A DNA stretch of 64,000 nt from Botryllus schlosseri (taxonomy: Eukaryota): contig CM119372.1 of assembly GCA_051294905.1 (NCBI GenBank), positions 32,302,001 through 32,366,000 of the forward strand, written 5' to 3'. The notes under the pieces are model-generated. The model did not search any database and was not told the DNA's origin. It was given only the letters and a program-made list of their open reading frames with translations. A program made the position numbers and the translations under genes. Shown piece by piece: positions 46,714-60,572 of the stretch. Within the stretch, counting starts at the first letter, position 1. The number at the start of each line of letters is the position of its first letter.

Positions 46714-48005
46714 GTTGCTATCCCCATTAATTCAGACGTATATCAACTACTTCATCGCGTACGGCTCCAACGCACACACCCTGTTGATTCTGAAAGCCTA
46801 TGGCGTAGACGCAAGAGTGGTTTGCAACTTCAATCGATAATTTCACAACCGAGCAGACCCCCTATACATTTAATACAGGATTCCTCGCTCGTGGTACGAC
46901 ATTGGCTTAGATATTGAAGTGAAGCCGATCACTCTATGGTTTTTGATGTGGCAGGCCCCATAACTTGTGCTTATATATTTGCGCAAAACAGATAACATTT
47001 TAACAGGTAAGCAGCTCTCAACCCCGAATTATCCCGGTTGTGTACCATATATGTAGGTCATGTTAGGACTGCCATACGTCCGGAATTTTCCTGTTTAAAC
47101 TGCGCCCGGGAGGAATCTCCAAAATATGCCTTAATGTTCGAAATTTTGGAGTTCTGAAATAGGCTCAAAGTGTTTTCGTAACTCAGCGGAGCCGATAATA
47201 TTTTGGGGCAGATCTATGCCATTTGAGATTCCTCTTCGCGCTGCGCGTGATTCAGTGTCACATTCATTGATCCGCCACCCTCGCAAAGCATGCGAAAATG
47301 GATCAAAATTTTACAGTAACACATGGAAGAAGTAACATTATAGACCGTTTTCAGTCACAAAATTTACCGACCAGATGCGCATAGAAACCCGAGGTATTTC
47401 ATATGGCCCCAGCAGTTACATCGACATTAATTATTCCGATTTACTGCACGAAACCTGCGAACTGTATCAATTCTTTTTCGAGTAAAAGCCAGCACTGCGT
47501 TCAATGTTTTACACACCAACTATCCGTGAGGTGACTCTCGTGGAGCGAATCATTACTTAACATTTCATATTTTGATCGAAATATGCTGGGCAGAACAGGT
47601 ACTGCCTCAATTAGGCACACTATAGTTCCATTTTGATGTTGAGAACTGATTAACCATCCCGTTACAAGTTGCAAGTATACTTAGATACATAGATATATAC
47701 TCGCGTCACGACGATCAATCCAAGTTAAAAGCTACATTCCTAATAGAAAACGAGCAATCAGATATGCGGAAGTTACAACCGATTTTGAAGAAATTACAGT
47801 CCTTACACATAGAGGCAATTTTCTGGCTGAATACCCAGTACATGTTTGCGGACTAATAATTTGTACTTTAATGTTCAATAATGCCGCGCGAATACATACA
47901 CCCACAGCGTCATTGCAAACAATCATCAAGTCAGTCGTGATGTCCGTATCAGGTCGTAGGCATCGCAGGTCTCGAGCCATATTAATTTATACGACAAGAG
48001 TATTA

Positions 48006-48890
48006 CAGAGGTAGTCAAAGTAGTCAAGAAAGCTACTCAAGTAGAAGTAGAAGTAGTGGTGAAAAAATCTACTCAAGTACGAGTAGAAGTACTTCTTTCA
48101 TAAGCCACCTAAAACTACTTGATGCAGAAGTAAAATTGACTGACCTCAAATCCACTCAAGTAAGTAAGTAGTTCTGAAAACAGTCTTAATTCGTTCGCAT
48201 GGATCTGTCAAAAGCTGCAAACTGAGCTATCTGGAAGATGCAGAGAGCTTGATTTGTATTACTGCGTCTCAGGAGGTATCAATTTTCGACAGGATAAGCA
48301 TTCTTTCGCATCATGGGATGCAAATTAAAGTATTGATAATTGCTAGATATCGAAACAGTAGTTTCAAATTTTATGGTGGGCCATATTTATTGTGATGAAA
48401 TATTTAATATGACCGATATTGCGGTATGAGCAGAATCAAGCAATCCGGTACCTAAATAATATTCACGGGTACTTTCGCGAAAACATATCTGTCAGTCCAA
48501 AACTACTGTGCGCGAAGCGCAACCAAATTTCTGGGCTTTACTTGACTTTTATGAATATCAAATGTTGGTACTACTACTGGTCACCCCGTATCCACTATGC
48601 GCGAAGCGCGACGAAATTCATGGGTTTCTCTCAAATTTTATGAAAATTAGATGTTGCTGCTCCGTGAAAACAGCCCCGAAATTCCTCAGGCTATCCTCCC
48701 GTTTGGAGGATTAAACTACTTCTATTTGACAAACTGAAAATAGTGAGAAGTAAGTAAGTAGATCACAAAATATTTCGAAGTAGAAGCAGAATTAGCGAAA
48801 ATCAGATCTACTTGAGTAAGTACCAGAAGTAGAGGAAAACCACTTGAGTACTTCGAAAAAGTAGAAGTACTTTGTCACTGACCACCTCTA
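48006..48890. mobile_element. MITE-like element with agtag/ctact subterminal repeats
   Basis: agaggtagtca versus tgaccacctct ends; ctactcaagtag motifs at both ends. Confidence 0.6.
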
Positions 48891-49389
48891 AGTATGCGAC
48901 GCATCAATCAAACTACTTCTTATCAGACTGCTGTACCTTTTATTCATATATATTTTTGTTTAACGGCTTCGACATGTATTTTACGTTTTGAATCCCAGAC
49001 GGAACAGTAGCCATGCCTATCACAGGGAAAATGGATTCCTGTTAACAAATGTTTTCAAGATTCAAAACAGAACATCCCCGAACAGCAATATGTATGTATC
49101 AGTAGTTCACTGACAATCTCGGTATTAGAATCAGTCCTGCAGTAGCGAAGCGAAACTATCATGCGATCAGTCTAAAAAATTACAAATTACAAACAGGTTA
49201 TCAGCCATTCCGCAAATTCTGAGAACTCGCGGCTCCTCAGCAAATGCCTCATCGCGGATTCCCTGCCAAGAACCACCGCCCTAGGGTGTTTCGAATACAA
49301 TCCCAATTGTCAACTACACGTTTTAGGTAATCGCTGTTTAACCATTGTTGTTCTCCGAGCTGAAAGTTGTAGAACAATAGTCGAGAACT

Positions 49390-49900
49390 AAACGCGAAAC
49401 GAGAGATAGGCACAGTCAGACCAAGCCACCCCACTGACCACGCAATTCATCATAACTAGCGCCGAACTTATTATAACCAATATTAATCCAATGTGACCGT
49501 CACACTGATTTTGAAAATCTTCTGAATCCCCAAGGTATTTGGCGGTAACATATATCCTTGCTCTATACGCTTACTTTATTCGCCTGTAGAGTTACGTGTA
49601 TGCCAAGAACGTGGTTAGTTATGACGTTGTTTGCAATTCAAATTAGGGACTGCAAGTGTCACCTCTGCGGCATTCTTATTTCGCATCGTAGATCAGAAAA
49701 ACAATATACATTTTAAAGTTGCTGCGTCATTATGGTGTCACTATGTCCGCTATTTACTCCACGTACCTTGAAATCCAAGATTTCAAATCACGTAGACCAC
49801 CTTAAATTCGCGAGTGATATTTGGTCGCCGGTGTGACGGTTTCTGATATTTGATGATTTTATATTTGATGATTTTATCATGATATCATCACCAAGAGGCT
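49390..49900. repeat. Dispersed repeat, copy 2 (see 1340-1870)
   Basis: Collinear shared blocks with 1340-1870. Confidence 0.7.
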
Positions 49901-52694
49901 CCCTAAAAAAATCAGAGCTGTAACCAAGTCACAATGCTCCGAGTCACAAGTCAATCACAGCTTTATAGTCAAGTCATTTATTTTTTATTGCCATTTTTCA
50001 TATCTATTTCTTAACCCCTCTGGCATCACCAAGGACTCCTATATTCACGGCGTAGAATGCTGTATAGTGCATTTATTAGCCTATATCAAACGAAAGTCGC
50101 TAAACATGCAGTGTCTGCTTTGTGTATGATACGCTCCCATGTTTAATACGCATCCTTAAAATAGCATGCAAATTTTAGAAAGGCCTGCACCCATGTATAT
50201 TACTTGTTCTGCGTCTCAATGGGCGAGTAGTTGCGATTTTAGGGTGCGCTATCATTGCGTATTTGCGATGCAGTTATTAAACGATCATTACTCAATCAGT
50301 GGAATATTCTTTGAACGATAGTAGATAGCAGCCAAAGCTCGCAAGGCCGGCAGAGCGATAGTTTCGGCTATCGACACTATATCTTGTACACGAGGTCCAT
50401 GACAAGTGTGACAGGTCAGGCCAACGATTATGTCGTGCGTACCAGGCCTGCCGATGATGCGACCGATCGCGAAAGCATTTGTATCCAGCGTACATGGCAT
50501 ACTATATGTGCGATTGGGGGGGCCTGTCGTTGACGTGATGAATTGGCGATTACTGCCGCGTGCGCGCTGCGATCAGTCATAAAGAATCCGATAATTTAAC
50601 TGCCTCAGTGTTTTGAGTTGGACATCTTCTTAGTATACTTTACATAATAGCATCTTAGCTCATACAACGAAATGGTTTTTAGCTCAGAATTACCCTTTAC
50701 TGACCGCTATCAATTTTTTTAGCATACTCTCCACGCAAGGTCCGCTGCAACAATTCTATTCGCCTTGGGCACCTCAGAGCAAGATCGGGAAAGATCGGGA
50801 GCCACCTCAAGACGTACACCAATCGTCCATTGATCCATACCACAGGTTTGTCTTACACAATTAGTGTTTAGTATTTGATATTTTCCTGGCAATGGCGCAC
50901 AACATTAGATTGAAGACATAATATTTCAAAAGACACCCCCCATTAAAAAAAACGCTGTTTAAAATACGTTTTGAACAAGGTGTTTCAAAATAACGCCTGA
51001 TCCAAATGCAATCCCAACGGCAACGCCGATCAGTTACCACGGCAACAGGCGGGATAGCCAGTAGTGTAAAAATTGATCTGGTTTTAATTGGCAATTTGAC
51101 ACTACCCATGACGTGAAAACACGCATATGTGCGTGTTTACGCCCATATTTCCTTGCATTCACCATTCATTGCATTCATCTTCAGGGACCCTCAATGGTGT
51201 TCAATTTCTATAAAGTCTTGCGGTTCTATAGCGTTGAAATTCTATAGCTTTACAATTCTCACGGGTCGCTGTTTTTTTCCATTTGTACTATCGTCGTCAC
51301 GTGTGGCATATGTAACTAATTTCGCCTAGTGCATGGTATTCGTCTAATAGATATCAGGTCCCAAACCCTAAATACAAAATACTTAAAAAGCTTGACGCCT
51401 GTTAGTTAGCGAGTCCGCAACATCGCGCAAATGCCAACCAACCATCATTCTACCCCCCTCAACTAAACTGCATTGCGCGCATATCCACCAAATATATATA
51501 TATATATTTTTTTTCTTTTTGGCCCATAATAGTCTCGTAAACTAGGTCGCGAAATAGGTTAGTATGTTTGTGTATATCCGCGAATTGACGTCATTCCTGC
51601 GCAAGGTGCACATCTACCCTGTGCGATCAAGTCATAATTAACAATTATCGGGAAATGGAGCAATACAGCTCCGACGTTGTTATCATAAGCAAACAATTGT
51701 CGCGATGTTAGATCCGGAACCTCATTGTGATGTACGCCGGTAGGGGAATTCGATTAGAGATAGAGCTTCGGAGCTGGAGTCAGTTCTTTAGGGGTAGCGA
51801 CGGCTTCGACGTATTTCATAAGATGCCATTGTATATGTAATGACCATATCTGCTGAGTTAACATAATTCAACAGCAGGCCTTTTCCCCCCTTTGGCGCTA
51901 TCGTTCTCGACTAACCATGTTCTTGGGGATTCAACAGCAAGGCAGTCGTATGTTCCATATTCAATTTTCATACATTAGTGCTGAAACTCGGTATGCGAAT
52001 TACGCCTGTGAATATTGTGGATATTCTGCATACCCGCAATTTCATCATCAGCACAACCTTATTGGCCAATTATAACGTTAACGAGTACAGTGCCAGTGTT
52101 AAAACGCCGCATCAGAATTTTAATGCTGTATACTGTACAGCATTGGCACGAAGCAAAGTGGGTTCCAGTGCAACTATGACGTTAGCGACAATTGACAAGT
52201 ATTCATTATATCGCCACAAGCCGGCACAGCGGCACCCATGTACCGTTGCCGCATCCGATTTTACTGACGGCCAACAGACTCCAGATTACTATAGATAACC
52301 AACTTACGGGTAAATTAATCAAACTACTCAGAATTGCTTCACATGCCGCATGCGGTCTGCTGGCCTTATGCTCGACATTGCTATCCTAGGCCATCATTGT
52401 TCGAGAAATTGACAAGAATAAGAAAAGTCGCGGTATGTCATGCTATAGCGTCTCAAAGTTTCCAAATTGCAACTGTGTTGATGACAGCATAATCTTTGCT
52501 CAGATTATAGAAGAACCTACAAAAGAGCATGGCCCAAAGTACAGTCCTTCAACTGCTGCTGAAGTTTTGATGAAGCCCTCTTCATTCAGGCAGTTGCTGA
52601 CTGATGATATCCACAAGAAAGACTGGATTCCCGTCATTATCCACACTTACTTTTTTTTTTTTTACGTGTTCCCGCACCAAATAAACCTGATTCA

Positions 52695-53075
52695 AATTTA
52701 CTGGTCTCAGGAGCTTAAAACTGCTGCAAGGGACCAGACGAGTATATTGATATTACAGCAGATTTCTGTTGCCTTTAGTTACGGAAATTTTCCGTCAAAC
52801 TTCCTACGTTCAGCATATGTAAAATCATATTACGGGGAGAGTTATTTCGAATTTACTGGTCTCATCAGCGTAAAACTGCTGCATTGGACCAGACCAGTAA
52901 CTTGGTATTACAGCCGTTTTCCGTTACATCAGGTAACGGGAATTTTTCCGTAAAAACTTTAACAGTCAATCTTTGTAAAAAATAAATTACGGTCAATAAT
53001 ATTTTACGGGAAAATATTTTTCAAATTCACCGGTCTCAGAGTCGTAAAACTGCTGCCAAGACCAGACCAGTAATT
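52695..53075. repeat. Three diverged copies of a ~50-bp motif
   Basis: aatt.ac.ggtctca...g..taaaactgctgc...gaccagac at ~52695, ~52850 and ~53025. Confidence 0.7.
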
Positions 53076-53910
53076 TGGCATAGAATATTCTCAACAGTGT
53101 ATTTCATCGTTGACGATCTTTCTGTGAGCACAAACGCGAAAATAAACCCTCTCTCGCAATTGCTAATCGGCTAAATCCGGCACTTTTTCATTTTCAGATG
53201 GGGCAGTCTCCAGAGAAAAAAATCGTGTGACAATTAAACACGTGAAGCACGAAGAACGATTTCACCACTTTTTTAGTCTATTGCAATGTACGACGATTTA
53301 CCAAAAATGTGACTGCTAGACCCGCGATCTGCCCATGCGTATGAGTTGACATTTCAGTCATCATCATCCAAGTGTCGCGGCCACGCCGACTATATTTTTG
53401 GCTGGCCCTGCGAGCCCACAATCTGAGCCATTCAATTTTGATAATAATATATTGAAAGTTAGCTCGCGCGCTACTCAAACCCACTCGCGGGTCACATATG
53501 GTGTTTACGTACATTTGTCACTCACACCCATGCTAGTAGGTGTGATCAAATATTGCACCGTTCTTTCATGCAACTATGAAGATTTTCTCCCTTTTAAAAA
53601 AAATTAGTTTTGTGCTTTGATTTTCCAAAACTTGACCTTTGGAGTGTGGCATCTGTGTCGGTCAGGAACCCGGATAAATGAACAGGGATGCGACAAGTGT
53701 GCACTGCTAAATGTATCCTTGTGGAAAATTTAGCCGAATCATAATGCTGCTCACCGTATAAGAAGTGAGCACCCATCTGCTGAAGTAAGCTATAGGTTGT
53801 ATAGGGTATTGTCTTTCGAGGGTAAACTATCAATTGGAACGCGTGGTTTTGCCCACTTTATTGTTGTTCGTATCTCTAAGGATTCTTGTACAGGCCCATT
53901 CACCTTGTTG

Positions 53911-54125
53911 CAGTGCCGGGATCAAGCCACTACCCTCGAGTCACGAGTCATCCCGAGTCATTGCACATTTTGACCCGAGTCAAGTCAAACCAATCGATTC
54001 CCAAAGGTGACTCGAGTCAAGTCAAGCCACCCGATTTTTGGAGGCGACTCGAGTCAAGCTGAGCCAAGTCAAGTCAAGGCAAGCCAGTAAAGTGACTCGA
54101 GTCAAGTCAAGTCATCCCAACACTG
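53911..54125. mobile_element. hAT-type MITE
   Basis: TIR cagtg..gggat/atccc..cactg; TSD ccttgttg/ctttgttg; gactcgagtcaagtcaag repeats. Confidence 0.8.
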
Positions 54126-57100
54126 CTTTGTTGCAATGTAGCATTGTTCAGCCTTTATGGACCAGGCTTAATTAGGTAAATTCGCCTACGGCTATAGCTT
54201 CAGCGACAAATTAACATTCTTTGTATTGATTCGTGTGCCACATTGACAATGCATGAATAATAGCTATAATCGCCAAATCCTATTGTAATTTACGATTACC
54301 GTATACTGAGATGGGCCACTCGTGCTTTCGCTGAATGCCAAATTCTAAATTTCAGCCACAACATGCGTAATTAGTACGAAATATAGGGTAGCTCACCGCA
54401 TGGGCGTAATACGAATACAAATCAGAAGTAGCACAAGGTCACATGACGAGACAATGATTGTATCGCGCGAAAGAGGCTAAATAGGGGTAATATTATTTTT
54501 TTAAAAAAATATCAAGGGCTGTAGCATTTTCCCGCACCTTTCTAGTTACTTTCATATCTATACTGCTATGTTATTCAATATTTGGCAGCTGTTTAAATTG
54601 TTCAGTAAATCGGCCTAGCCAGCAACTGGCATGCAGCTTTCGGCTCATATTTATGGTTCGATCTGTCAAGGAGAATTTAGTATGACAATACCCTTAAGCT
54701 TTTGATGATATAATCTGCATCTTCACAGCAATCAAGTCCATACTTCCGATATCACAATTATAGTATAAAAATATCCATTCGAACTGTCATTACCAGAGCG
54801 ACAAAACAGTTGCTGCCCTCTAGTCTTGCTTTGCATATCAGATTTCGTTATATACCCGCAGTTTGAGTACACACGAGGCTATACCCAAGTTACTCCTTCG
54901 CGGTCATTGACTCGCGACCGACCAAGTTCACATCACAGAAAGTGACGGAACACTTCAGGGTATGTAAACCCCCTATGTATCGATACGGAAATTTACTGTA
55001 ATGCGTTCAACTAAATTATTCTTCCAAAGTATTGGCGGCTAACTCGAGCCTATCTCACTTGATGACGTTCGGCTGAACTACTGAGTAAAATTTCCAGCGA
55101 TTATAAAAGGTGATGCATGAATTTCTTCCCAGCTCTTAATAATGGAAAATATTGGAATTATTTTTTCCGTTGGTGATGGACATAATATGTCAGCGAAGAC
55201 TCGACGTTTACGCCACTAGTAGATTGAAAAATGTATCGCGGTATATATAACATGTAGCTTGCGGAACCGAAACTTGATTGAAATTCATCTGAGGCTGATT
55301 GTGACATCCATCTCGTGGTTTGGATAGTTGGCAGAATGTATAACACATCTAAAACTAATGTTGCAATTGACATGCTTGTCGTGTAATGTGCCGGTGTCTT
55401 CCAATTTCTCAAACCTAACGATTATACCACGAGTCATGGGAAACCCGGTCAAGAATGCACTTTTGAATCGAGCGTCCGTACGTTCAACCCACGACTTGTT
55501 TATTAAACTATATAAATTCATCGGAGTTATTGTCCTATAAATAGCGTAAGAATTTTTTTTCCAAATCCATGAAGTGCTATTCTTTGGGGTTGACTTCGCA
55601 GTCAAGCTGGTATGATACATTTATTGTCTCTATGAGTCGGGGAATCGTACGCCAATGTTCGGCAATGCGCATTGAGTGCTCTGATTATTTGATCAGCCGA
55701 AATTGACGAAAACAGAAACAGCCTATATCAATACATTTCAGATAACTACCAACGACCATTGCATCTAGAATCGCTCGGCGTCATTTATCCTCATTATGCC
55801 CTTAGATCAGTGCTCTTAAACCCATCCCGTCGTGGTACACCCTATCAACATATTCTCAAAACTTGTGCACCCATGACCATATAATACACCCATAGCGCAG
55901 CAGGCCGTAGTTCGATTATCTCTACAATGCATCCGCATTCCAGCGGAGAGTCGACATGGACCACAAATACTGATGATATTTGTTACTGTGAAATTGACAC
56001 AGTGGAGGGCCATCGCGGTGTCCTGTGCCTTCACTAATTTCTTGAGATACTCTTATTTCTTGGGGTATGTTTTGCGTAAATTTCCTTACTGCAGAAGCAA
56101 AACATCCCAGCAGGCTTGCAATATATGATATATGTACCAAATTCGCGAGTATAAATGTGAAGGGAAGATACCCGCATTACGTGTATAGTCGCGCGGAGGG
56201 TAAAATTTGTCTTTCGAATGGACTTTGCCGAAAATGTTGATAGTATCACATATCGCTGTCAAAAATCCATTCATTCTCAATTCTCGTGACCAGATTAGAG
56301 TCGAGGGAGGAGCGTCTTCAAAAATTCTGAACACAAAATTAATGATGACGCATCTTCGGGTTTTTAATAATAAATTTGTCGCATATTGTTATTCTCTCCT
56401 TTTTTTGGCCTCCCATCAGGATTATTTGTATTGCTATCATTATCATTGTTATTACACATCAATTACAGAGGCGCTATTCGCCTGTTTAGGATTTCTTCAT
56501 CCCGACAGCGCAAATTCATTGCCCATGCATTGGGCAATGAGAAGGACAATCGCCTGCACACGCACTCCCGCTCTTCACTATCTCTCGCCCTCGCTCTGCA
56601 GACGCGCAGCCAGCCAAACAAATAAGGACGTGGTTTTGAAACAAAATGGCGGAGTTTGGATTTTCATTTATTTATTTTGAATTCATCAACATAGCATCAA
56701 TTCGTTATGGCTTAGTACTCGCGGAAATTAAAATTATACAATCCACTCGTGTTGACGATTTTACGCGCATAATAATCTTGTTGACGAGTCCGGGAGTGCT
56801 ATTATTTAGCAACTCTCTGATCTGTCATGAACAATTAAATACCAGCGCTTATCAACGCGTCGAACAATTGAATGCCCGCGCTTATCAACGCGTCGTTAGT
56901 AGCCTCAACGACGATTTACGCAAGTCAAAATGTCCGAGTTTTTATGGAGTATGTGATATATGATAACGGCGATTCTAGGCGCTTCCAACCTTTTGTCTTA
57001 TACAACACGTATCTTCTGATGGTTATGTTCAAGTGTTAACGGAAATCAATTACCCATGTACCCACGCGTTGCACATGTTTGTGGACATTCGATATCATTT

Positions 57101-57631
57101 AGTTTCGCGACGTAACTCTTTAATCATTCCTCACACACCTAACGGCATTGGCTCCGAGTCATCGAGATACAGGAGCCAACTCATTCTAGGTACGAGGCTC
57201 GAACGTTAGACTGGAGATGAAGTTAGGCTATAAGCGATGATTCATCTTTCGTATCCGGCGTAATGCAGATGCGATTGTATACGCCTTCCTATAGTATAGT
57301 GCACACCGGGTCTATTGCATATGTGATTCATCAAGCAAACGGAACTGGGTTTGTTAGAAACGTGATTTGCCGCGCGCAACACTGATAATGCGACCTACCT
57401 ACTGCAACCGGGTGCCTGAGCCCGAGCTGCAATTCCAAAAGCACTGAATTTGTCGTAAAGACCGGTTATTTTGAAATTGCGCTCGAGCTCTGTGCCTATT
57501 TCTTTCTTTTATTTTTTTTTTCTTTTTATCGCGCCAAGGGTCATTTTGTTAGTCGCAAAGGCCCAACTTCATTTTACGCTCAGAACTCCGGTCCATAACC
57601 TCTCGTTTACCTCTCTCGACCCCCATTTCAG

Positions 57632-57821
57632 AACCGACTACGAGGAAGAGACAAGCTGGAACATTGAGAAGATCAGCGTGCTCGTGAAGCCGAAATCGCA
57701 AGAGTCCTTGGCCGCCACATCGAGCCTGCTCAAAAAGAACAAGGCCTTTGAAACTGAGCCAGCCGTGCACAAGAACAGGGTCAAGGGCGTAGTGAAGGAA
57801 GGAAGGAAATTGATCGAAGTG
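57632..57821 (+). CDS. Internal exon of an unidentified host gene
   Basis: Pyrimidine tract + tttcag acceptor, GTAGGT donor, open frame TDYEEETSWNIEK...KLIEV, GC-richer codons. Confidence 0.7.
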
Positions 57822-58931
57822 GTAGGTCCTTCGTGTGATAGTCTCCGCCAATTCTGATTATCATGTTTTGCCAATAAGACGCCACCTTCCGAAAGCGCGT
57901 TATTTGACCTAGGGTTGACCCCACTACTCAAATATCTCTAAATTATACGGTCTGTGCGCCGGCATCAGATATATCATTGACGAGATCCTCAAATTCGCTG
58001 ATTTTTGACCGCCGCAAGATCCAGATCGATTGCAATACAGCACCTAAAACAGGTATCGCAAAGCAACTCACGTTAGTGACTTAACTAGCTAGCTATTGCT
58101 CCGCAACCTTCTCACGACGCATAATGAAATAGGTATGGTCCAAATGAATGGTACTGAATCATCTTCGACGTGACGTCGAATTGGCATTACATTTTATAGT
58201 AATGGTTTTTGATGTAATTTTCCCTATTCTCTGATTTAAATTAAAATTAGTGTTATAGCTTCAAGGTTTTCTGTTCCAAGTCAACCTAGAGATTAGGGTT
58301 GCAGCTGCAGTTATATATATATATTATTATTTTTTTTAAACTTAGATTGTATTTGTAATAAATATATTTCCAATATTACAACTCCGAAACTTAATCTTGT
58401 TCAGTTCATGTCAAATCATGTTCAGTCTACCAGTCAATCAGGTCCATCAGTTTATTCCTATAAGCACGAGATTGACGAATGTCTCAACAGTAAGTCTCGC
58501 TTGTTTTTCACTATGAAGTGTCTCCGCACCATCACCAGGAATGCCTACAACTCAATCAGAATTAATATTAGAAATGGAATTCATTTCGCAAATTAAATCA
58601 TAATTCGATTACCGTATGAGCTCTCTGCTCTAATTAGACTACAATTTACTAATCATCCAAGTCTACCCAATTAGAATGATGTCACTGTTTTAGTATCGCC
58701 GCTGACATCGATCGTACGTAGGCTAAACGTTTTCTTTATTTGTTACCCTAATACGTTTTTAATTATTGCGGTTTGCGTGACCTAATTCCATATGTTGAGA
58801 AGTTCTCGTGTCAGAACGAAGCCAGGAATTGTTACGTGTTAGTTGCCTGTGATTCGTAAACTAAAAAATCTTTGCCGCGCGATTATTTGTGACACGAGAT
58901 CCGATTTCAATCTTTTGCGAATGATATTCAG

Positions 58932-59060
58932 GACAATCCCGAGGAGAACGAAGAGATTCCCGACAATCCAAAGGACAGGGAAGACAAGCTGGACGAAGCG
59001 GCCCATAAGCGAAGATCAAAACTACTGGCCATCCAGGATTTTCTGCATCTCAACTGGGAG
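58932..59060 (+). CDS. Next exon of the same host gene
   Basis: ttcag acceptor and GTAACG donor; phase 0 matches the previous exon; DNPEENEE...QDFLHLNWE. Confidence 0.7.
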
Positions 59061-60572
59061 GTAACGTGTTATAAATTTTACTATGACTCCCGATCCCTGG
59101 CTCAAGGTGCGATTTTCAAAAGATCAGAGGTGTGACCGCAAATTCGAATTCTTCATTATGCAGTACAACATTTCCCGAACACTTTCGACTTGTAGTTTTT
59201 CGTTGACTCCAAAAATCGCCTTCTAAACAGTAGTGGTCAAAATTGACCGAGCGCTTCCCCTTACAGCACCTAAGTAGCTTTATCTACTATTTTCACATAC
59301 CCGAGTGGTCCCTTTATTTATATTACTTACGCGTAGTAATAATTTTAAAGACTCAAGTCGTGCAACAAAACACAATTTTTTGTGAGTACCGTAAACCGGG
59401 GCAACTTTGGACATTAAATAGTAAAAGGTTACGGTAGCTAAATTATAGTTTTACGGCGGAATGTGGCCGTACGACCGCGAGTACCCTTGGCACCCTTGGT
59501 CTGACCGAATTCAGGATGAACACTTGAGCAATGCTGCAACGTATTGGGAATGCTAAACACGAATCTGAGCTGTAGTGGTGATTTCCTCAAGAATCATTAG
59601 ACAGATAGCGCAAGCTGAGCACATGCTAGCTCCACCCTGTGTCAAAGAGAACTTCTAAGTCCATGACCATAGGTTAAATGATGAGAAACATTTGCTTACG
59701 GCCTCACATTTTGAAATATTACACATCCAGTCAACCTGCCCTGAAACATAAACCGGCGTATTTATTGTGATGACTATAGTCATCGACTTTTCGGTTCATT
59801 TGCGGATCCGGTACATCCCACTACACCCCATCCGAGTGGTTCACCCCCCTTTTAAATATATTATGGTACACCCTGAGGTGTGCGAAAACCCCGGTTGGAG
59901 ATCACTGCCTTAGACGATTCGAGGTGCCATGGCACGCTACGCTGCATAGCATAGTGTAATTTTAGATCTAATAAAAAAGGTATCTGAGCATAGCAACAAC
60001 AACTTACACACTTTACAGCGCGAGGGGATAAACACTTTGATGTATTTTAAGGCAGGTATGGTATGAGGCGATTGCGAAAAACAGTAGCTCCAATCACAGG
60101 GTAGGGCGGTACGAAATTTGATTATTTATGTGCTACAAATTAACTCCCGAATTCTTGGTAGGTTTCGATAAATTTTTAGGTTTTCTTAGCACCGCTCCCG
60201 GGTCAATATGACTTCATTTTCGATTTTAATATAGTTTGGCCCTTAGTGATTATATCCCTACATTACAGATACGGGCAGCAGAGGAAGATGATGCGCCCCA
60301 TATAGAAACACAAATTGGACTCGTGTACCCCCCACTGCAACCACAATCTTGATAGGAAACTCCAGGTCAGTGCAACTTCTGTATCCTGTTTGCCCCCTCA
60401 ATAAATTATGTAGCAGACAACCAACACTTTAACCACACAAATCTACGTTAACGAGTTATCTGACCCAAACACAACTCCAAAAGCGAACATTCAAACAGTA
60501 CTAAAGAGTTGCGCAAACCTTCTCGCCCCCACCCAATACTATTGAGAAACATCTTTGTTACTTATTTCTTTA

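Noticed and set aside
55158-56334. Possible decayed intronless gene on the minus strand
   Set aside because: Fragments look protein-like, but no consistent frame or recognisable motif could be assembled.
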